From NCBI GenBank assembly GCA_003696765.1, contig RFFX01000005.1:24169-88168 (forward strand): DNA of 64,000 nucleotides, read 5' to 3'. Below, piece after piece: positions 63,148-64,000 of this stretch (its first letter is position 1; the number at the start of each line of letters is the position of its first letter). The stretch is from Zetaproteobacteria bacterium (GTDB lineage: Bacteria > Pseudomonadota > Zetaproteobacteria > Mariprofundales > J009). The translations under genes were made by a program, and so were the position numbers. A model generated the notes under the pieces. The model ran no database searches, had not been told where the DNA came from, and saw nothing but the letters and a program-made list of their open reading frames with translations.

Positions 63148-63561
63148 TCACACCAGCCAGCGGGTCAGCGGCATGATCGCCCCATTGGCCGGCGGCAGCT
63201 GCGCGGCCTCGACCGCCGCCGGATCGAACCAGGCCCAGGCCGACTCCCCCCGCACCCGTTCCGCCGGGCCGCACATCCGGGCGGCAAAGAGCGTGAAGGC
63301 AAGCCGTCCGGGCGCAGCGCCCCCCCTCCCCCCGTAGTCGTAGCGCCAGCGGTGGCAGAGCCGCCACCCATCCGCCCGCACCCCGCACTCCTCGAAGAGC
63401 TCGCGCCGGGCGCAGGCCAGCGCCGACTCCCCCGCCCGCTGCTTGCCGCCGGGCAGTGACCAGAGCCCGGCGCAGTGTTTCCGCGGCGGCCGCCTGAGCA
63501 GCAGCACCCGCCCGGCCCCGTCGCAGAGCAGCACCAGTGAGACGCGCCGCTCAGGCGCCAT
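63148..63561 (-). CDS. Nudix hydrolase
   Basis: The Nudix box is GGKQRAGESALACARRELFEECGV. The start is assigned to the internal Met (MAPERRVSLVLL), overlapping the upstream gene by about 11 nt. Confidence 0.75.
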   Translation of the reverse strand: MAPERRVSLVLLCDGAGRVLLLRRPPRKHCAGLWSLPGGKQRAGESALACARRELFEECGVRADGWRLCHRWRYDYGGRGGAAPGRLAFTLFAARMCGPAERVRGESAWAWFDPAAVEAAQLPPANGAIMPLTRWLV

Positions 63562-64000
63562 CCCCTTCCAGCGCCCCGCCGCAGCTCGACCCCTGACCGG
63601 CGGTACAGCCATAGCAGTGGTCGAGCACCCGGATCGGCGCGCCGCACACCGCCTGCGGGTCGACCTGCGACAGGTGGATGTTGCTTCCGCCGCCGAGCCC
63701 GGCCGGCAGCCCGAGCATCTGGTTGAAATCGCAGTCGTAGACCATCCCCTGCCAGTCGATGCTCAACTGGCCGCGACACATCACCGCATCGAGGTTGTCC
63801 GGTCGGAAGGCGGCGTGGAGCAGCGCCATGTAGTCGTCGAATCCCTGCCGGGAGAGCAGCGTGCTGCCGAAACGGCGGATCGGCATGTTGGTGATGACGA
63901 AGAGCCGATCGAACGCGATACCGTAGCGGGCGCCCAGCTCCTCCTTGTAGCGCGCCTCCAACCCCTTCTGCTCCGGCGGCAGCACCGCCCCCTGCGGATT
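63551..64000 (-). CDS. Radical-SAM/Cys-rich protein, ArsS-like (arsenosugar-biosynthesis type), C-terminal part; gene continues beyond the window
   Basis: The C-terminus ends HCYGCTAGQGSSCGGAL, the Cys-rich tail I associate with the ArsS / TIGR04167-type family. The frame is open to base 64000. Confidence 0.55.
   Translation of the reverse strand, partial: NPQGAVLPPEQKGLEARYKEELGARYGIAFDRLFVITNMPIRRFGSTLLSRQGFDDYMALLHAAFRPDNLDAVMCRGQLSIDWQGMVYDCDFNQMLGLPAGLGGGSNIHLSQVDPQAVCGAPIRVLDHCYGCTAGQGSSCGGALEGDGA

Overview
Visibly GC-rich, proteobacterial-type chromosomal window with strong G/C at third codon positions. It is packed almost entirely with core housekeeping genes. All gene calls rest on reading the supplied translations for family motifs and on gene order; no database search was possible.

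Gene content, left to right:
- An alternative-complex-III-like cluster on the + strand: a split and frameshifted actB, then actC, actD, actE and actF.
- leuA, apaH and mgtE (-), proS (+), uvrA (-), tRNA-Ala(CGC) (-), and nfi (+).
- A self-contained two-gene operon of low-complexity orphan proteins (-).
- rplM-rpsI-rnfA-rnfB-rnfC-rnfD plus a family-4 glycosyl-1-phosphate transferase (-).
- A complete nuoA-N operon (+), followed by miaB-phoH-ybeY-corC-lnt, a Mip-like FKBP lipoprotein, gph-thiE-thiD and argD-argF (+).
- On the minus strand: two small secreted orphans, nhaA, ptsI-ptsH-EIIA(Man)-rapZ-hprK-ptsN-hpf-rpoN, grxD, an RND pump with a TolC-like gene, a Nudix hydrolase, and the 3' part of an ArsS-like radical-SAM gene.

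I see no prophage, defence island, CRISPR array or unexplained enzyme cluster.

The most unusual feature is non-coding. It is a modular five-hairpin repeat with a 161-bp unit, present in at least nine full, deleted or solo copies. The copies are wedged into the tiny gaps between co-oriented genes of essential operons: twice inside nuo, twice inside rnf, and once inside the rpoN/PTS cluster. Its stems show compensatory substitutions between copies. An inverted pair of copies brackets the FKBP gene.

Secondary oddities:
- A frameshift in the ACIII Fe-S subunit.
- An rnfABCD cluster that lacks rnfG and rnfE.
- A 138-bp MITE-like element between proS and uvrA.
- An RND/OMP pair without an adaptor gene.
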